Of a stretch of DNA of 36,528 bases, positions 1-10,037 are shown in pieces; positions within the stretch are counted from its first letter, which is position 1, and every line of letters starts with the position of its first letter. A program made the position numbers and the translations under genes. Under the pieces are notes generated by a model. It was given only the letters and a program-made list of their open reading frames with translations, was not told where the DNA came from and did not search any database. The DNA lies in sequence record SRR33789315_102; one strand, given 5' to 3'.

Positions 1-30
1 AGCTCAGTGTGACACAAGCTCAGTGTGACA
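1..30. repeat. Tandem direct repeat AGCTCAGTGTGACA x2 (1-14, 17-30), REP-like element fragment cut by the window edge
   Basis: Two identical 14-mers with a 16-bp period just past the argC stop. Resembles flavobacterial intergenic REP-like repeats (recalled, not searched). Confidence 0.6.
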
Positions 31-34
31 GTGC

Positions 35-1012
35 TTAAAAATAACTTGCTTTCAGGTTTAATCCTTCGGTTTGCGGAAGGCCAAAAATCAAATTCATATT
101 TTCTACTGCCTGACCCGATGCACCTTTCAATAAATTATCGATGGTACTGGAAATCAATAGTTTGTTATTCAATTTTTCTAAATGAATCAGGCATTTATTG
201 GTACTTACCACCTGTTTCATATGGATGGGTGTTTCTGAAATAAAGGTAAACGGAGCCTCTGCATAGTAAGCGTTGTAAAGTTCCTTGACTTCTGCTAAAT
301 CTCCCTCAAATTTGGTGTACGCTGTCGCGAAAATTCCTCTGGAAAAATTTCCCCTATTCGGTAAAAAATGAATTTCTTTATCAAAACCCCGTTGCAACTG
401 CCCTACTGTTTGGTTGATTTCGCCCATATGTTGATGCGAAAAAGGCTTGTAATAGGAAAAATTGTTGTCGCGCCAGGTAAAGTGTGTAGTTGCTGAAAGT
501 GAAGTTCCCGCACCCGTGGCACCTGTTACTGCATTGACGTGGACGTCATCTTTGATCAATCCTGCGTTTGCCAGTGGCAATAAAGCCAATTGTATAGAAG
601 TGGCAAAACAACCCGGATTTGCAATGGAACCCGCTTCTTTTATAGCACTTTTATTCAATTCGGTTAGACCGTAGATAAACTCACGTCCTTGAAATTCAGC
701 ATCAGGTTTTAATCTAAAGTCGTTGCTTAAATCGATAATAATTGTACTTTCTGTGAAAGGTGTCTTTTCTAAAAAAGCCATTGAATTTCCGTGACCTAAA
801 CAAAGAAAGACCACATCTACTGAAGTATTTACCGTATCTGCAAAAACAATATCTGTACTGCCCAACAAATCCTGATGTACTTTATATAAAGGATTTCCGG
901 CATTTGAGGTGCTGTACACAAAATCTAATTCCACCTGCGGATGGTTCAATAAGATTCGAATGAGTTCACCTGCCGTGTACCCTGCGCCTCCTATGATTCC
1001 TGCTTTAATCAT
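35..1012 (-). CDS. argC: N-acetyl-gamma-glutamyl-phosphate reductase
   Basis: GGAGYTAGEL Rossmann motif, catalytic ANPGCF, GATGAG and DNLLKGASGQAVEN motifs. Start overlaps the argG stop (TAATG). Confidence 0.97.
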   Translation of the reverse strand: MIKAGIIGGAGYTAGELIRILLNHPQVELDFVYSTSNAGNPLYKVHQDLLGSTDIVFADTVNTSVDVVFLCLGHGNSMAFLEKTPFTESTIIIDLSNDFRLKPDAEFQGREFIYGLTELNKSAIKEAGSIANPGCFATSIQLALLPLANAGLIKDDVHVNAVTGATGAGTSLSATTHFTWRDNNFSYYKPFSHQHMGEINQTVGQLQRGFDKEIHFLPNRGNFSRGIFATAYTKFEGDLAEVKELYNAYYAEAPFTFISETPIHMKQVVSTNKCLIHLEKLNNKLLISSTIDNLLKGASGQAVENMNLIFGLPQTEGLNLKASYF

Positions 1013-2196
1013 TAATTAGGATTTACGTGGTTGTAGATTTTATTCTGATTGCCCATTAATTTGATAAAGCCTTTGGCATCATCTGCCGTCCAACCTTTAT
1101 GCATTTCGCCGTAGGCACCAAAAGAGGCATTCATCAAATCGTGATCAGATTTAATGCCTTCCAGTGTAAATCGATATGGATTTAGCGTTACATACACATC
1201 GCCTGAAACTTGCTCTTGGCTATTCTCAAAAAAGGCTTCCATATTACGCATAACTGGATCCAGGTACAAGCCCTCGTGCAAATGCATGCCGTACCAGTTA
1301 GACAGGTAATCTTTATGTTGTTGCTGCCATTTGGTAAGCGTATGCTTTTCTAAAAGATGATGTGCTTTAATAATGATAATCGGTGCTGCAGCTTCAAAAC
1401 CCACACGACCTTTAATCCCAATAATGGTATCGCCCACGTGAATATCACGACCAATACCATACGGAGCTGCTAGTTTTTGTAGGTTTTCGATATTTTCTAC
1501 CGGAGTCCCTTTTTTGCCATTCACAGCCGTTAAATTTCCTTTAGTAAATGAAAGTGTAACTTGCTCACTACCCGCTTTTTCAACCTGAGATGGAAATGCA
1601 GATTCTGGTAAACCTTGATGCGAAGTAAGAGTTTCGCTTCCGCCTACACTCGTACCCCAAAGTCCACGGTTGATGGAATATTTGGCTTTTTCCCAAGCCA
1701 TTTCCACACCTTCGCTTTTAAGATATTCTATTTCTTCCTGACGAGACAATTTTTTATCGCGTATAGGGGTAATAATTTCAATTTCAGGAGCTAAGGTTTG
1801 AAAGATCATATCAAAACGCACTTGATCATTACCTGCACCCGTACTGCCGTGTGCAACATATTGTGCCCCGATAGACTTAGCATAATTGATAATCTCAACG
1901 GCCTGAATAATACGCTCTGCACTTACCGAAAGTGGATAAGTGTTGTTTTTTAGCACATTACCATAGATAAGATACTTAACTACCTTATCGTAAAAAGTCT
2001 CAACAGCGTTAATATTTTTATAGGTTTTAGCCCCTATTTTTAAAGCTTTAGATTCTATCTCATCAATTTCAGCCTGACTGAAACCACCCGTGTTTATGCT
2101 TACCGCATGAACTTCGTATCCTTCCTCTTTTGATAGGTATTTTGCACAATATGAGGTATCGAGTCCGCCACTATAGGCTAATACTAGTTTTTTCAT
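1012..2196 (-). CDS. argG: Argininosuccinate synthase
   Basis: LAYSGGLDTS, AHGSTGAGNDQVRF and GIKGRVGFE motifs. Confidence 0.97.
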   Translation of the reverse strand: MKKLVLAYSGGLDTSYCAKYLSKEEGYEVHAVSINTGGFSQAEIDEIESKALKIGAKTYKNINAVETFYDKVVKYLIYGNVLKNNTYPLSVSAERIIQAVEIINYAKSIGAQYVAHGSTGAGNDQVRFDMIFQTLAPEIEIITPIRDKKLSRQEEIEYLKSEGVEMAWEKAKYSINRGLWGTSVGGSETLTSHQGLPESAFPSQVEKAGSEQVTLSFTKGNLTAVNGKKGTPVENIENLQKLAAPYGIGRDIHVGDTIIGIKGRVGFEAAAPIIIIKAHHLLEKHTLTKWQQQHKDYLSNWYGMHLHEGLYLDPVMRNMEAFFENSQEQVSGDVYVTLNPYRFTLEGIKSDHDLMNASFGAYGEMHKGWTADDAKGFIKLMGNQNKIYNHVNPN

Positions 2197-2822
2197 TTTT
2201 TTTCTTTCTTTAGAAACAACGTTTCTTTTATGCTTTTTAATCTGGTAAATGCTTTGCCATTTACTTTTTCTTGAGGCTCTTTAACCACCTTTTTTTCTTC
2301 TTTTGCAGGATCATATAACATTCCTGTACACAAGCACATTTTTTGTTCTGTACGCTGTAAAACGTCATAATTCCTACAGGTTTGACAACCTTTCCAGAAA
2401 CTAGGATCATCTGTAAGTTCTGAGAACGTGACCGGCTTATAACCTAAATCAGAATTAATTTTCATTACCGCAAGACCTGTAGTAATCCCGAATATTTTAG
2501 CATCAGGATATTTATCTCGTGAATGTTTAAAAATGGCTTCTTTTATGCTTCTAGCCAGTCCTCTTCCTCTAAAATCAGGATGAACAATAAGACCCGAGTT
2601 GGCAACATATTTACCATGTCCCCAAGCTTCTATATAGCAAAAGCCAGCAAACTTACCATCTTCTATAGCGATGATGGCGTTACCGTTTTCCATTTTAGTG
2701 ATAACATACTCCGGAGTACGACGAGCGATACCCGTACCGCGTACTTTGGCAGATTCTTCTATAGTATCACAAATAATTTGCGCAAATCCCGAATGAGATT
2801 TATTTGCAATTACAATATCCAT
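2193..2822 (-). CDS. GNAT N-acetyltransferase, probable ArgA-like N-acetylglutamate synthase of Bacteroidota
   Basis: Acetyl-CoA motif VHPDFRGRGLA and FWKGCQTC...CLC cysteine motif. First gene of the arg cluster, ATGA overlap with argG. Confidence 0.8.
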   Translation of the reverse strand: MDIVIANKSHSGFAQIICDTIEESAKVRGTGIARRTPEYVITKMENGNAIIAIEDGKFAGFCYIEAWGHGKYVANSGLIVHPDFRGRGLARSIKEAIFKHSRDKYPDAKIFGITTGLAVMKINSDLGYKPVTFSELTDDPSFWKGCQTCRNYDVLQRTEQKMCLCTGMLYDPAKEEKKVVKEPQEKVNGKAFTRLKSIKETLFLKKEKK

Positions 2823-2863
2823 TTATATGTAACTGAGATTAAAAAATAAGTATATGATTGCTG

Positions 2864-2891
2864 AAAAAGGAACCGGACTCACCTAGGCTCC
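2864..2891 (-). terminator. Intrinsic terminator of the arg attenuator
   Basis: Minus strand GGAGCC-TAGGTGAGTCC-GGTTCC-TTTTT, between the leader ORF stop and the GNAT start. Confidence 0.7.
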
Positions 2892-2909
2892 ATAAAGAAG
2901 TTGCACCCA

Positions 2910-3014
2910 CTAGGGGCGACGGAAACGGCGTGCGGGACGAGATAATTGCATAGTAGAACACCCAACTAAATTTATTGGATCAAATGTGCTTATATGTATC
3001 GTTACCGTTTTCAT
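2910..3014 (-). CDS. Arg-rich leader peptide MKTVTIHISTFDPINLVGCSTMQLSRPARRFRRP* (34 aa)
   Basis: Translated by hand. All 5 Arg lie in the last 9 codons (CGT/CGC). Followed by a terminator and then the arg biosynthesis genes. Confidence 0.8.
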   Translation of the reverse strand: MKTVTIHISTFDPINLVGCSTMQLSRPARRFRRP

Positions 3015-3024
3015 TATGAAGCAT

Positions 3025-3054
3025 TAAAATTACAACCTTCTCTAGAGTTGACAA
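3025..3054 (-). promoter_or_regulatory. Bacteroidota-type promoter for the arg leader
   Basis: TTG-N19-TAATTTTA on the minus strand; 1 mismatch to the TAnnTTTG -7 box. Confidence 0.55.
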
Positions 3055-3177
3055 TACTTTTTATCTAAAAATCGTATTTTAATTCTATTTTTTATTAATT
3101 ATTCAAAGAATTCTACTTTTTGACATTACACCTAAAGTTTATGCAGTAATTAGCTTTAAAAATCATTTTATTTTCAA

Positions 3178-3217
3178 TAAAAAAGCCCTTGCTCACTTTA
3201 GTGAACTTGGGCTTTTT
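3178..3217. terminator. Hairpin terminator downstream of gapN
   Basis: AAAAAGCCC...TCACT-TT-AGTGA...GGGCTTTTT, with A/T tails on both sides. Confidence 0.75.
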
Positions 3218-3239
3218 ATGTCAAATTCAAAATATTACA

Positions 3240-4838
3240 TTAAAGAATATAATCTGTACTGATAAAATTGGATTTTTTAGTATCTAATAATTCGTTTAAT
3301 ATAGCATTATTGTAGTCGTTATCTTTTGAAGCTACAAAGGTTCTAATCGAAAATGCACGTAATGCATCATGAACACTCAATGTACCCGTGGCTGAATCTT
3401 TACGACCTGTAAATGGGAAAACATCTGGTCCGCGCTGGCAAGAACTATTCAAGTTTACACGGCAAACTAAGTTTACTAAGGTATCTATTAAGGGTGCAAG
3501 TGTTTTTGTGTCCTTTCCAAAGAGACTTACTTGTTGCCCATAACTTGACTCTGCCATATCATCTAGCGGCTCATCTATGGTTTTAAAAGGAACAATAGGA
3601 ACTACTGGTCCAAATTGTTCTTCTTGATACACACGCATTTCTTTGGTTACCGGAAATAAAACGGCAGGGAAAATAAAGTTTTCTGAACGCTCTCCTCCTT
3701 TTTCATTGATTATTTCTGCACCTTTTTTGATAGCATCATCAATCAATTCTTGAATATATTCTGGTTTACCCGGTTCTGGCAAAGGCGTTAATTTTACACC
3801 CTCTTCCCAAGGAAGTCCAAATTTAAGTTCATCTACAGCCTCAGCATATTTTCTATTGAAACTTTCGGCTATGTTTTCATGAACATATAATACTTTTAAT
3901 GCAGTACACCTTTGACCGTTATAGGATAAGGTTCCTGCAATGCACTCCGATACGGCAAGATCAAGATCTGCATCAGCTAAAATGATGGCTGGGTTTTTTG
4001 CTTCTAAACCTAAAACCAAACGCAACCTATTTTGTTTAGGATGCAAATTTTGTAAAGCATTAGCCGAAGAGCTATTGCCAATAAGAGCCAAAACATCCAC
4101 TTTTCCCGTTTTCATAATAGGTGAAGCTACTACACGACCACGACCAAAAATAATGTTTACTACACCTGCCGGAAAGCTTTCTTGAAACGCTGCTAACAAA
4201 GGTGCAATAAGCAAAACTCCAAATTTGGCTGGTTTAAATATAGCAGTGTTTCCCATAATGATTGCAGGAATCAAAAGGGTAAATGTCTCATTAAGTGGGT
4301 AATTATAGGGGCCTAAACATAGTACAACTCCAAGTGGCCCACGTCTGATATGTGCGTGAATACCGCCTTCTTTATGGAACTTAGCACTATCACGATCCAT
4401 ATCTTTATAATCTTCAATGGTATCGTTTATATAATCTACTGTACGATCAAATTCTTTCTGTGAATCAGCATAGTTTTTACCAATTTCCCACATCAAAAGA
4501 TTTACAACCTGTTCTCTTTTTGTTTTCATCTTTTGGACAAAAACTTCCATACACTTTATACGATCTACCACTTTCTTAGTAGGCCATAATCCTTGACCAC
4601 GATCATACGCTTTATGAGCAGCATCTAAAGCTTCCAGTGCTTCTTTTTCTCCTAAATCTGGAACAGAACCTAAAAAGGTAGGTCCTACTTTATCGTCTTT
4701 TTTTGTTTGTATTGTAGAATAAACGTCGGCCACTTCTCCTTCCCAATATACCAACTTACCGTTTACTAAATAAGTCTTCTGATTTAAGGGTTTAACATGG
4801 AATTTTTTAGGAATTTCTGGAATAATTACCTCATTCAT
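3240..4838 (-). CDS. gapN: NADP-dependent non-phosphorylating glyceraldehyde-3-phosphate dehydrogenase (ALDH family)
   Basis: [17 protein letters not shown], catalytic GQRCTA and EEQFGPV motifs. Confidence 0.85.
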   Translation of the reverse strand: MNEVIIPEIPKKFHVKPLNQKTYLVNGKLVYWEGEVADVYSTIQTKKDDKVGPTFLGSVPDLGEKEALEALDAAHKAYDRGQGLWPTKKVVDRIKCMEVFVQKMKTKREQVVNLLMWEIGKNYADSQKEFDRTVDYINDTIEDYKDMDRDSAKFHKEGGIHAHIRRGPLGVVLCLGPYNYPLNETFTLLIPAIIMGNTAIFKPAKFGVLLIAPLLAAFQESFPAGVVNIIFGRGRVVASPIMKTGKVDVLALIGNSSSANALQNLHPKQNRLRLVLGLEAKNPAIILADADLDLAVSECIAGTLSYNGQRCTALKVLYVHENIAESFNRKYAEAVDELKFGLPWEEGVKLTPLPEPGKPEYIQELIDDAIKKGAEIINEKGGERSENFIFPAVLFPVTKEMRVYQEEQFGPVVPIVPFKTIDEPLDDMAESSYGQQVSLFGKDTKTLAPLIDTLVNLVCRVNLNSSCQRGPDVFPFTGRKDSATGTLSVHDALRAFSIRTFVASKDNDYNNAILNELLDTKKSNFISTDYIL

Positions 4839-4882
4839 ATTCTGTAGTTTAGGCTTAGTTCTATTTGAAAAGTCTTCTAAAA

Positions 4883-6148
4883 TTAGATTAAAAATTCAAA
4901 CAAATTGGGTTTATCGTTTAAATAGACGCTATAAAAATTACGTTGTTTCATTCTTGAAAGTAATGGCTCAAAGTCTTCTTTACTTTTTATTTCGATACCT
5001 ACAACCGCTGGACCTTCTTCTCTACTCGTCTTCTTTTTATATTCAAAAAAGGTTATGTCATCACTAGGTCCTAATACATCATTTAAGAATTCTCTTAAAA
5101 CGCCTGCACGTTGTGGAAAACGTATAATAAAATAATGCTTCAATCCTTGATGGAGCAAAGCTCTTTCTTTGATTTCGGCCATGCGTGTGATATCATTATT
5201 GCTACCACTTACGATGCACACCACATTCTTTCCTTTAATTTCTTCAGAATATTGATCTAATACAGCTAATGTAAGTGCACCAGCAGGCTCAACCACAATG
5301 GCATCTTTATTATATAAATCTAGAATAACCTGACATATTCTACCTTCTGATACTGTTACCATATCGTGAAGATATTCTGAACAAATTGCAAAGTTTCGGT
5401 CACCCACACGCTGAACAGCGGCACCATCAACGAACTTTTCAATGTTTTTAAGTGTCGTGTTCTCGTGGTTCATTATGGATGTTTTCATAGATGGCGCACC
5501 TTCAGGCTCAACTCCTATGACTTTAGTATGAGGAGACAAAACTTTAAAAACCGAACTTATACCAGCAGCCAATCCTCCACCACCAACAGGTATGAAGATG
5601 TAATCTATAGGGATATCTGTTTGTTCTAAAATTTCTAAGCCTACAGTTGCCTGACCCTCGATTATCTTTTCGTCATCAAAAGGATGCACAAAAGCTTTTC
5701 CCAATTGGTCACATTCTGCCTTTGCTGCAACATAAGCATCGTCAAACGTATCGCCCGTAAGTACTATATCTACATACTCCTGACCAAACATTTCAACTTG
5801 CTCAATTTTTTGTTGCGGTGTAGGTGACGGCATAAAAATCGTCCCGTGTATTTTTAATTTTGCACAAGCAAATGCTACTCCTTGTGCATGATTTCCTGCA
5901 CTGGCACAAACTATACCTTGTTTTCTATCTCGCGCGTCAAGCGAACTAATCTTGTTATAGGCTCCACGTATTTTATAAGATCTAACTTGTTGTAAGTCTT
6001 CTCTTTTTAATAATATATTAGATTCAAATTTTCTTGAATAGGTTAAACTAGCAAGCAAAGGAGTTACCGCAGCAATCCCTTTTAGGGTTTCGGTTGCCTT
6101 TCTAACATCCTTTAGATCTGGAAAATATGTGGTTTTAGTATCACTCAT
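4883..6148 (-). CDS. ilvA: Threonine ammonia-lyase (biosynthetic, short form)
   Basis: SYKIRGA PLP lysine, [13 protein letters not shown] and a C-terminal regulatory domain. Confidence 0.95.
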   Translation of the reverse strand: MSDTKTTYFPDLKDVRKATETLKGIAAVTPLLASLTYSRKFESNILLKREDLQQVRSYKIRGAYNKISSLDARDRKQGIVCASAGNHAQGVAFACAKLKIHGTIFMPSPTPQQKIEQVEMFGQEYVDIVLTGDTFDDAYVAAKAECDQLGKAFVHPFDDEKIIEGQATVGLEILEQTDIPIDYIFIPVGGGGLAAGISSVFKVLSPHTKVIGVEPEGAPSMKTSIMNHENTTLKNIEKFVDGAAVQRVGDRNFAICSEYLHDMVTVSEGRICQVILDLYNKDAIVVEPAGALTLAVLDQYSEEIKGKNVVCIVSGSNNDITRMAEIKERALLHQGLKHYFIIRFPQRAGVLREFLNDVLGPSDDITFFEYKKKTSREEGPAVVGIEIKSKEDFEPLLSRMKQRNFYSVYLNDKPNLFEFLI

Positions 6149-6187
6149 AAGCTTGCCGTGAATTTTGCCATTCTGTTAAATCATTAA

Positions 6188-7687
6188 TTAAGCCATTATG
6201 GCTTCTTTCTTATCAGAAGTCTTAACGTCTTTCATAGCAGTCATTGATTCTCTCAACCAAGCTCCTACTTCTTCAACAGGGTGATTTCTTATTTCATCAT
6301 TCACAAAAATCAATTCTTTATTATCAACACCATTATTGGTTGCAAATGCTTTTCCAATAACATCTGTTTCAATATTTTTCATAAAATCTGTAAGTAAAGG
6401 CTTACAAGCGTGATCAAACAAATAACAACCATATTCAGCAGTATCTGAAATGATTCTGTTCATTTCAAATAATTTCTTACGGGCGATAGTGTTTGCTATT
6501 AAAGGGGTTTCATGAAGCGACTCATAATAAGCAGATTCCTCTATTATACCTGCTTCTGTCATTGTTTCAAAAGCCAATTCGACTCCAGCTTTTACAAAAG
6601 CGATCATCAATACACCGTGATCAAAATACTCTTGCTCAGAAATTTCCATTGTACCAGCATCTGTCTTTTCAAAAGCTGTTTCTCCTGTGGCTTCTCTCCA
6701 AGTTAGCAGATTTACATCATCATTTGCCCAATCTTCCATCATCGTTTTTGAGAAATGACCAGAGATAATATCATCCATATGTTTATGGAAAAGCGGTCTC
6801 ATAATTCCTTTTAACTCTTCAGCTAGTTCAAAAGCTTTGATTTTTGAAGGATTATTCAAACGATCCATCATATTGGTAATACCACCGTGCTTCAAAGCTT
6901 CGGTAATAGTTTCCCAACCGTATTGAATCAATTTTGCAGCATATGAGGCTTCAATTCCTTTTTCGATCATCTTATCAAAACACAAGATAGAACCCGTTTG
7001 TAAAACACCACAAAGAATGGTTTGCTCACCCATCAAGTCACTTTTTACTTCAGCAACAAATGAAGACTCAAGTACACCTGCACGATCACCACCAGTAGCC
7101 ACTGCATAAGCTTTTGCTTGCGCAAGACCTTCTCCTTTAGGATCATTTTCTGGATGCACAGCAATAAGTGTTGGTACTCCAAAACCTCTTTTATATTCTT
7201 CTCGAACTTCTGAACCAGGACATTTTGGCGCCACCATAATTACCGTTAAATCCTTACGGATTTGCATTCCTTCTTCAACGATATTAAAACCATGGCTATA
7301 AGCTAATGTAGCTCCTTGCTTCATTAAAGGCATTATCGTTTTTACAACTGAGGTGTGTTGCTTATCTGGGGTAAGATTACATACTAAATCTGCATCAGGA
7401 ATCAACTCATCATAAGTACCTACTGTAAAGCCATTTTCTGAAGCATTAAGAAAAGAAGTCCTTTTATCTTTAATTGCTCCTGCACGTAAAGCATAGGAAA
7501 TATTCAACCCAGAATCACGCATGTTAAGCCCTTGGTTAAGGCCTTGTGCTCCACAACCTACAATCACTACTTTTTTTCCTGCTAAGGCTTGAATACCGTC
7601 TTGAAACTCATCTGCCTCCATAAATCTACATTTCCCAAGTTGAGAAAGTTGGTCTCTTAACGATAAGGTATTAAAATAATTACTCAT
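6188..7687 (-). CDS. ilvC: Ketol-acid reductoisomerase, long class II form
   Basis: [16 protein letters not shown] and [12 protein letters not shown] motifs; 499 aa. Confidence 0.97.
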   Translation of the reverse strand: MSNYFNTLSLRDQLSQLGKCRFMEADEFQDGIQALAGKKVVIVGCGAQGLNQGLNMRDSGLNISYALRAGAIKDKRTSFLNASENGFTVGTYDELIPDADLVCNLTPDKQHTSVVKTIMPLMKQGATLAYSHGFNIVEEGMQIRKDLTVIMVAPKCPGSEVREEYKRGFGVPTLIAVHPENDPKGEGLAQAKAYAVATGGDRAGVLESSFVAEVKSDLMGEQTILCGVLQTGSILCFDKMIEKGIEASYAAKLIQYGWETITEALKHGGITNMMDRLNNPSKIKAFELAEELKGIMRPLFHKHMDDIISGHFSKTMMEDWANDDVNLLTWREATGETAFEKTDAGTMEISEQEYFDHGVLMIAFVKAGVELAFETMTEAGIIEESAYYESLHETPLIANTIARKKLFEMNRIISDTAEYGCYLFDHACKPLLTDFMKNIETDVIGKAFATNNGVDNKELIFVNDEIRNHPVEEVGAWLRESMTAMKDVKTSDKKEAIMA

Positions 7688-7744
7688 TGTATTTTAGTTA
7701 ATCTATTAGTTTAAATAATTTTTATAAAATTCTTTTATGCAGTA

Positions 7745-8287
7745 CTATGACTGAATAATTTCGTTATCAAATTCTTTTAAAATTTTTGAAATTCTCATTT
7801 GGTCTTTTGTCACTGCAATACGTCCAGAACGCACAAATTGCATAATTCCGAAAGCGCTAAGTTCTCTATATAGCATCTCTATTTCATTTCTGCGACCCGC
7901 TTTTTCTAATACAAAAAACTTCTTATTTACAGTTACTATTCTAGCATTACTGTCTTTAATGATATTTTGAATTTTACGCTCCTCAAATAGCAAACTTGAC
8001 TTTATCTTAAACAAACAAGTTTCTAAGAAAATGGTTTCTTCATCAGTGTGATAAAACGCCTTAATCACTTCTACTTGCTTCTCTAATTGACCAATTATTT
8101 TTTTGATCTGTTCTTCGGTCATATTTACTACAATCGTAAATCTGGATACCCCTTCAATTTCTGACATGGAAGTATTAAGACTCTCAATATTGATATGTCT
8201 ACGCTGAAATATAGCCGAAATACGGTTTAACAGCCCTACATGATTTTCGGTATAAATAGAAACTGTAAATGTTTTTATCTTGCTCAT
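7745..8287 (-). CDS. ilvN: Acetolactate synthase small (regulatory) subunit
   Basis: ACT domain ENHVGLLNRISAIFQRRHINIESL; adjacent to the large subunit. Confidence 0.93.
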   Translation of the reverse strand: MSKIKTFTVSIYTENHVGLLNRISAIFQRRHINIESLNTSMSEIEGVSRFTIVVNMTEEQIKKIIGQLEKQVEVIKAFYHTDEETIFLETCLFKIKSSLLFEERKIQNIIKDSNARIVTVNKKFFVLEKAGRRNEIEMLYRELSAFGIMQFVRSGRIAVTKDQMRISKILKEFDNEIIQS

Positions 8288-8288
8288 C

Positions 8289-10025
8289 TTATTCTAGTCT
8301 TATATCTGAAACAGAAGCTCCCGAAGGAACCATAGGAAATACATTATCTTCTTTTTCTACCATTACCTCAAGAAAATAAGCATTTGGCGAATCCATCATT
8401 TCCTTTATAGCTCCGGCTAATTCTTCTCTTTTTGTAACCTTTTTAGCATCAATATAATATCCTTGTGCAATAGCTACAAAATTAGGGTTTATCATCTCTG
8501 TGGAAGCATATCTTTTATCAAAGAATAATTGCTGCCACTGGCGTACCATACCTAAAAACTCATTATTAAGCACTACGATCTTTACTGGAACTTTAGACTG
8601 AAAAATAGTACCTAATTCTTGAATTGTCATTTGATAACCACCATCTCCTATAATAGCAACAACTTCACGTTCTGGAGCTCCCATTTTTGCTCCAATAGCT
8701 GCAGGAAGCGCAAATCCCATTGTTCCTAAACCACCAGAGGTAATATTGCTCTTCGTCTTATTAAACTTTGCATAGCGGCAAGCTATCATTTGATGCTGAC
8801 CCACATCTGAAACTATAATTGCATCTCCGCCAGACTCTTTATTTATCCCTTCAAGAACTTCTCCCATAGTAAGGCCTTCTTTTGTAGGATAAATATCTTC
8901 TTTTATAATTTTTTCAAACTCTATAGCATACATGTCTTTAAACTTAGTATGCCAAGCCGTATGTGTTTTCTCCTTTAAAAGGGGCAAAAGTGCAGCTAGG
9001 CTTTCTTTGCTATTTCCTAGTACTGCAACATCTGCTTTTACATTTTTATTAATTTCTGAAGGATCTATTTCAAAATGAATAACCTTGGCTTGTTTTGCAT
9101 AAGCATCCAGCGAACCCGTTACTCGATCATCAAAACGCATCCCGATCGCAATCAAAAGATCACATTCATTTGTTAATACATTAGGCGCATAATTACCATG
9201 CATCCCCACCATACCCACATTAAGCGGATGATCTGTTGGTATTGCCGAAACGCCTAAAATTGTCCATGCCGCAGGGATTCCAGATTTCTCTACTACCGCT
9301 TTAAATTCTTCTTCTGCTTTTCCTAAAATAACACCTTGCCCCCAAACAATCATAGGCTTTTTTGCCTTATTGATTAGTTTTGCAGCCTCTTCAACCTGTT
9401 CTTGTTTTAATTTAGGAACAGGTTTATAGCTTCGTATTGCTGTGCATTTTTTATAGATGAAATCTAGCTCTTCATTTTGAGCATCTTTGGTAATATCAAT
9501 CAAAACTGGTCCAGGACGACCACTTCTAGCTATATAAAAAGCTTTAGCCATGATTTCAGGAATCTCAGCTGCTTTTGTTATTTGATAATTCCATTTTGTT
9601 ACTGGTGTAGATATCCCAATAATATCTGTTTCCTGAAAAGCATCACTTCCTAATAAATGAGATGCCACCTGCCCGGTTATACAAACCATAGGGGTAGAAT
9701 CTATTTGCGCATCTGCAATTCCTGTAACCAGGTTTGTTGCCCCAGGCCCTGATGTCGCAATAGCGACGCCTACTTTTCCAGTGGCTCTTGCATAGCCTTG
9801 TGCAGCGTGTGTTGCGCCTTGCTCATGACGTGTAAGTACGTGATGTAATTTATCTTGATATTTATATAGTTCGTCATATACTGGCATGATTGCTCCGCCA
9901 GGATATCCATATATAGTTTCTATACCTTCAGCCAGAAGACATTTTATGATAGCTTCTTTGCCTTTAAGTCGCTGCATCACCACCGCCTTATCTTCAGCCT
10001 TAAACTTTACTATTGGTAATTCCAT
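8289..10025 (-). CDS. ilvB: Acetolactate synthase large subunit
   Basis: GYPGGAI, RHEQGA, TSGPGATN and the ThDP motif GDGGYQM...NN. Confidence 0.96.
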   Translation of the reverse strand: MELPIVKFKAEDKAVVMQRLKGKEAIIKCLLAEGIETIYGYPGGAIMPVYDELYKYQDKLHHVLTRHEQGATHAAQGYARATGKVGVAIATSGPGATNLVTGIADAQIDSTPMVCITGQVASHLLGSDAFQETDIIGISTPVTKWNYQITKAAEIPEIMAKAFYIARSGRPGPVLIDITKDAQNEELDFIYKKCTAIRSYKPVPKLKQEQVEEAAKLINKAKKPMIVWGQGVILGKAEEEFKAVVEKSGIPAAWTILGVSAIPTDHPLNVGMVGMHGNYAPNVLTNECDLLIAIGMRFDDRVTGSLDAYAKQAKVIHFEIDPSEINKNVKADVAVLGNSKESLAALLPLLKEKTHTAWHTKFKDMYAIEFEKIIKEDIYPTKEGLTMGEVLEGINKESGGDAIIVSDVGQHQMIACRYAKFNKTKSNITSGGLGTMGFALPAAIGAKMGAPEREVVAIIGDGGYQMTIQELGTIFQSKVPVKIVVLNNEFLGMVRQWQQLFFDKRYASTEMINPNFVAIAQGYYIDAKKVTKREELAGAIKEMMDSPNAYFLEVMVEKEDNVFPMVPSGASVSDIRLE

Positions 10026-10037
10026 AATCCTTTAAGA

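Noticed and set aside
6188-7687. Long class II IlvC as a possible horizontal transfer
   Set aside because: Sits in a normal ilv operon with no mobility signs; the long form alone is not evidence of transfer.
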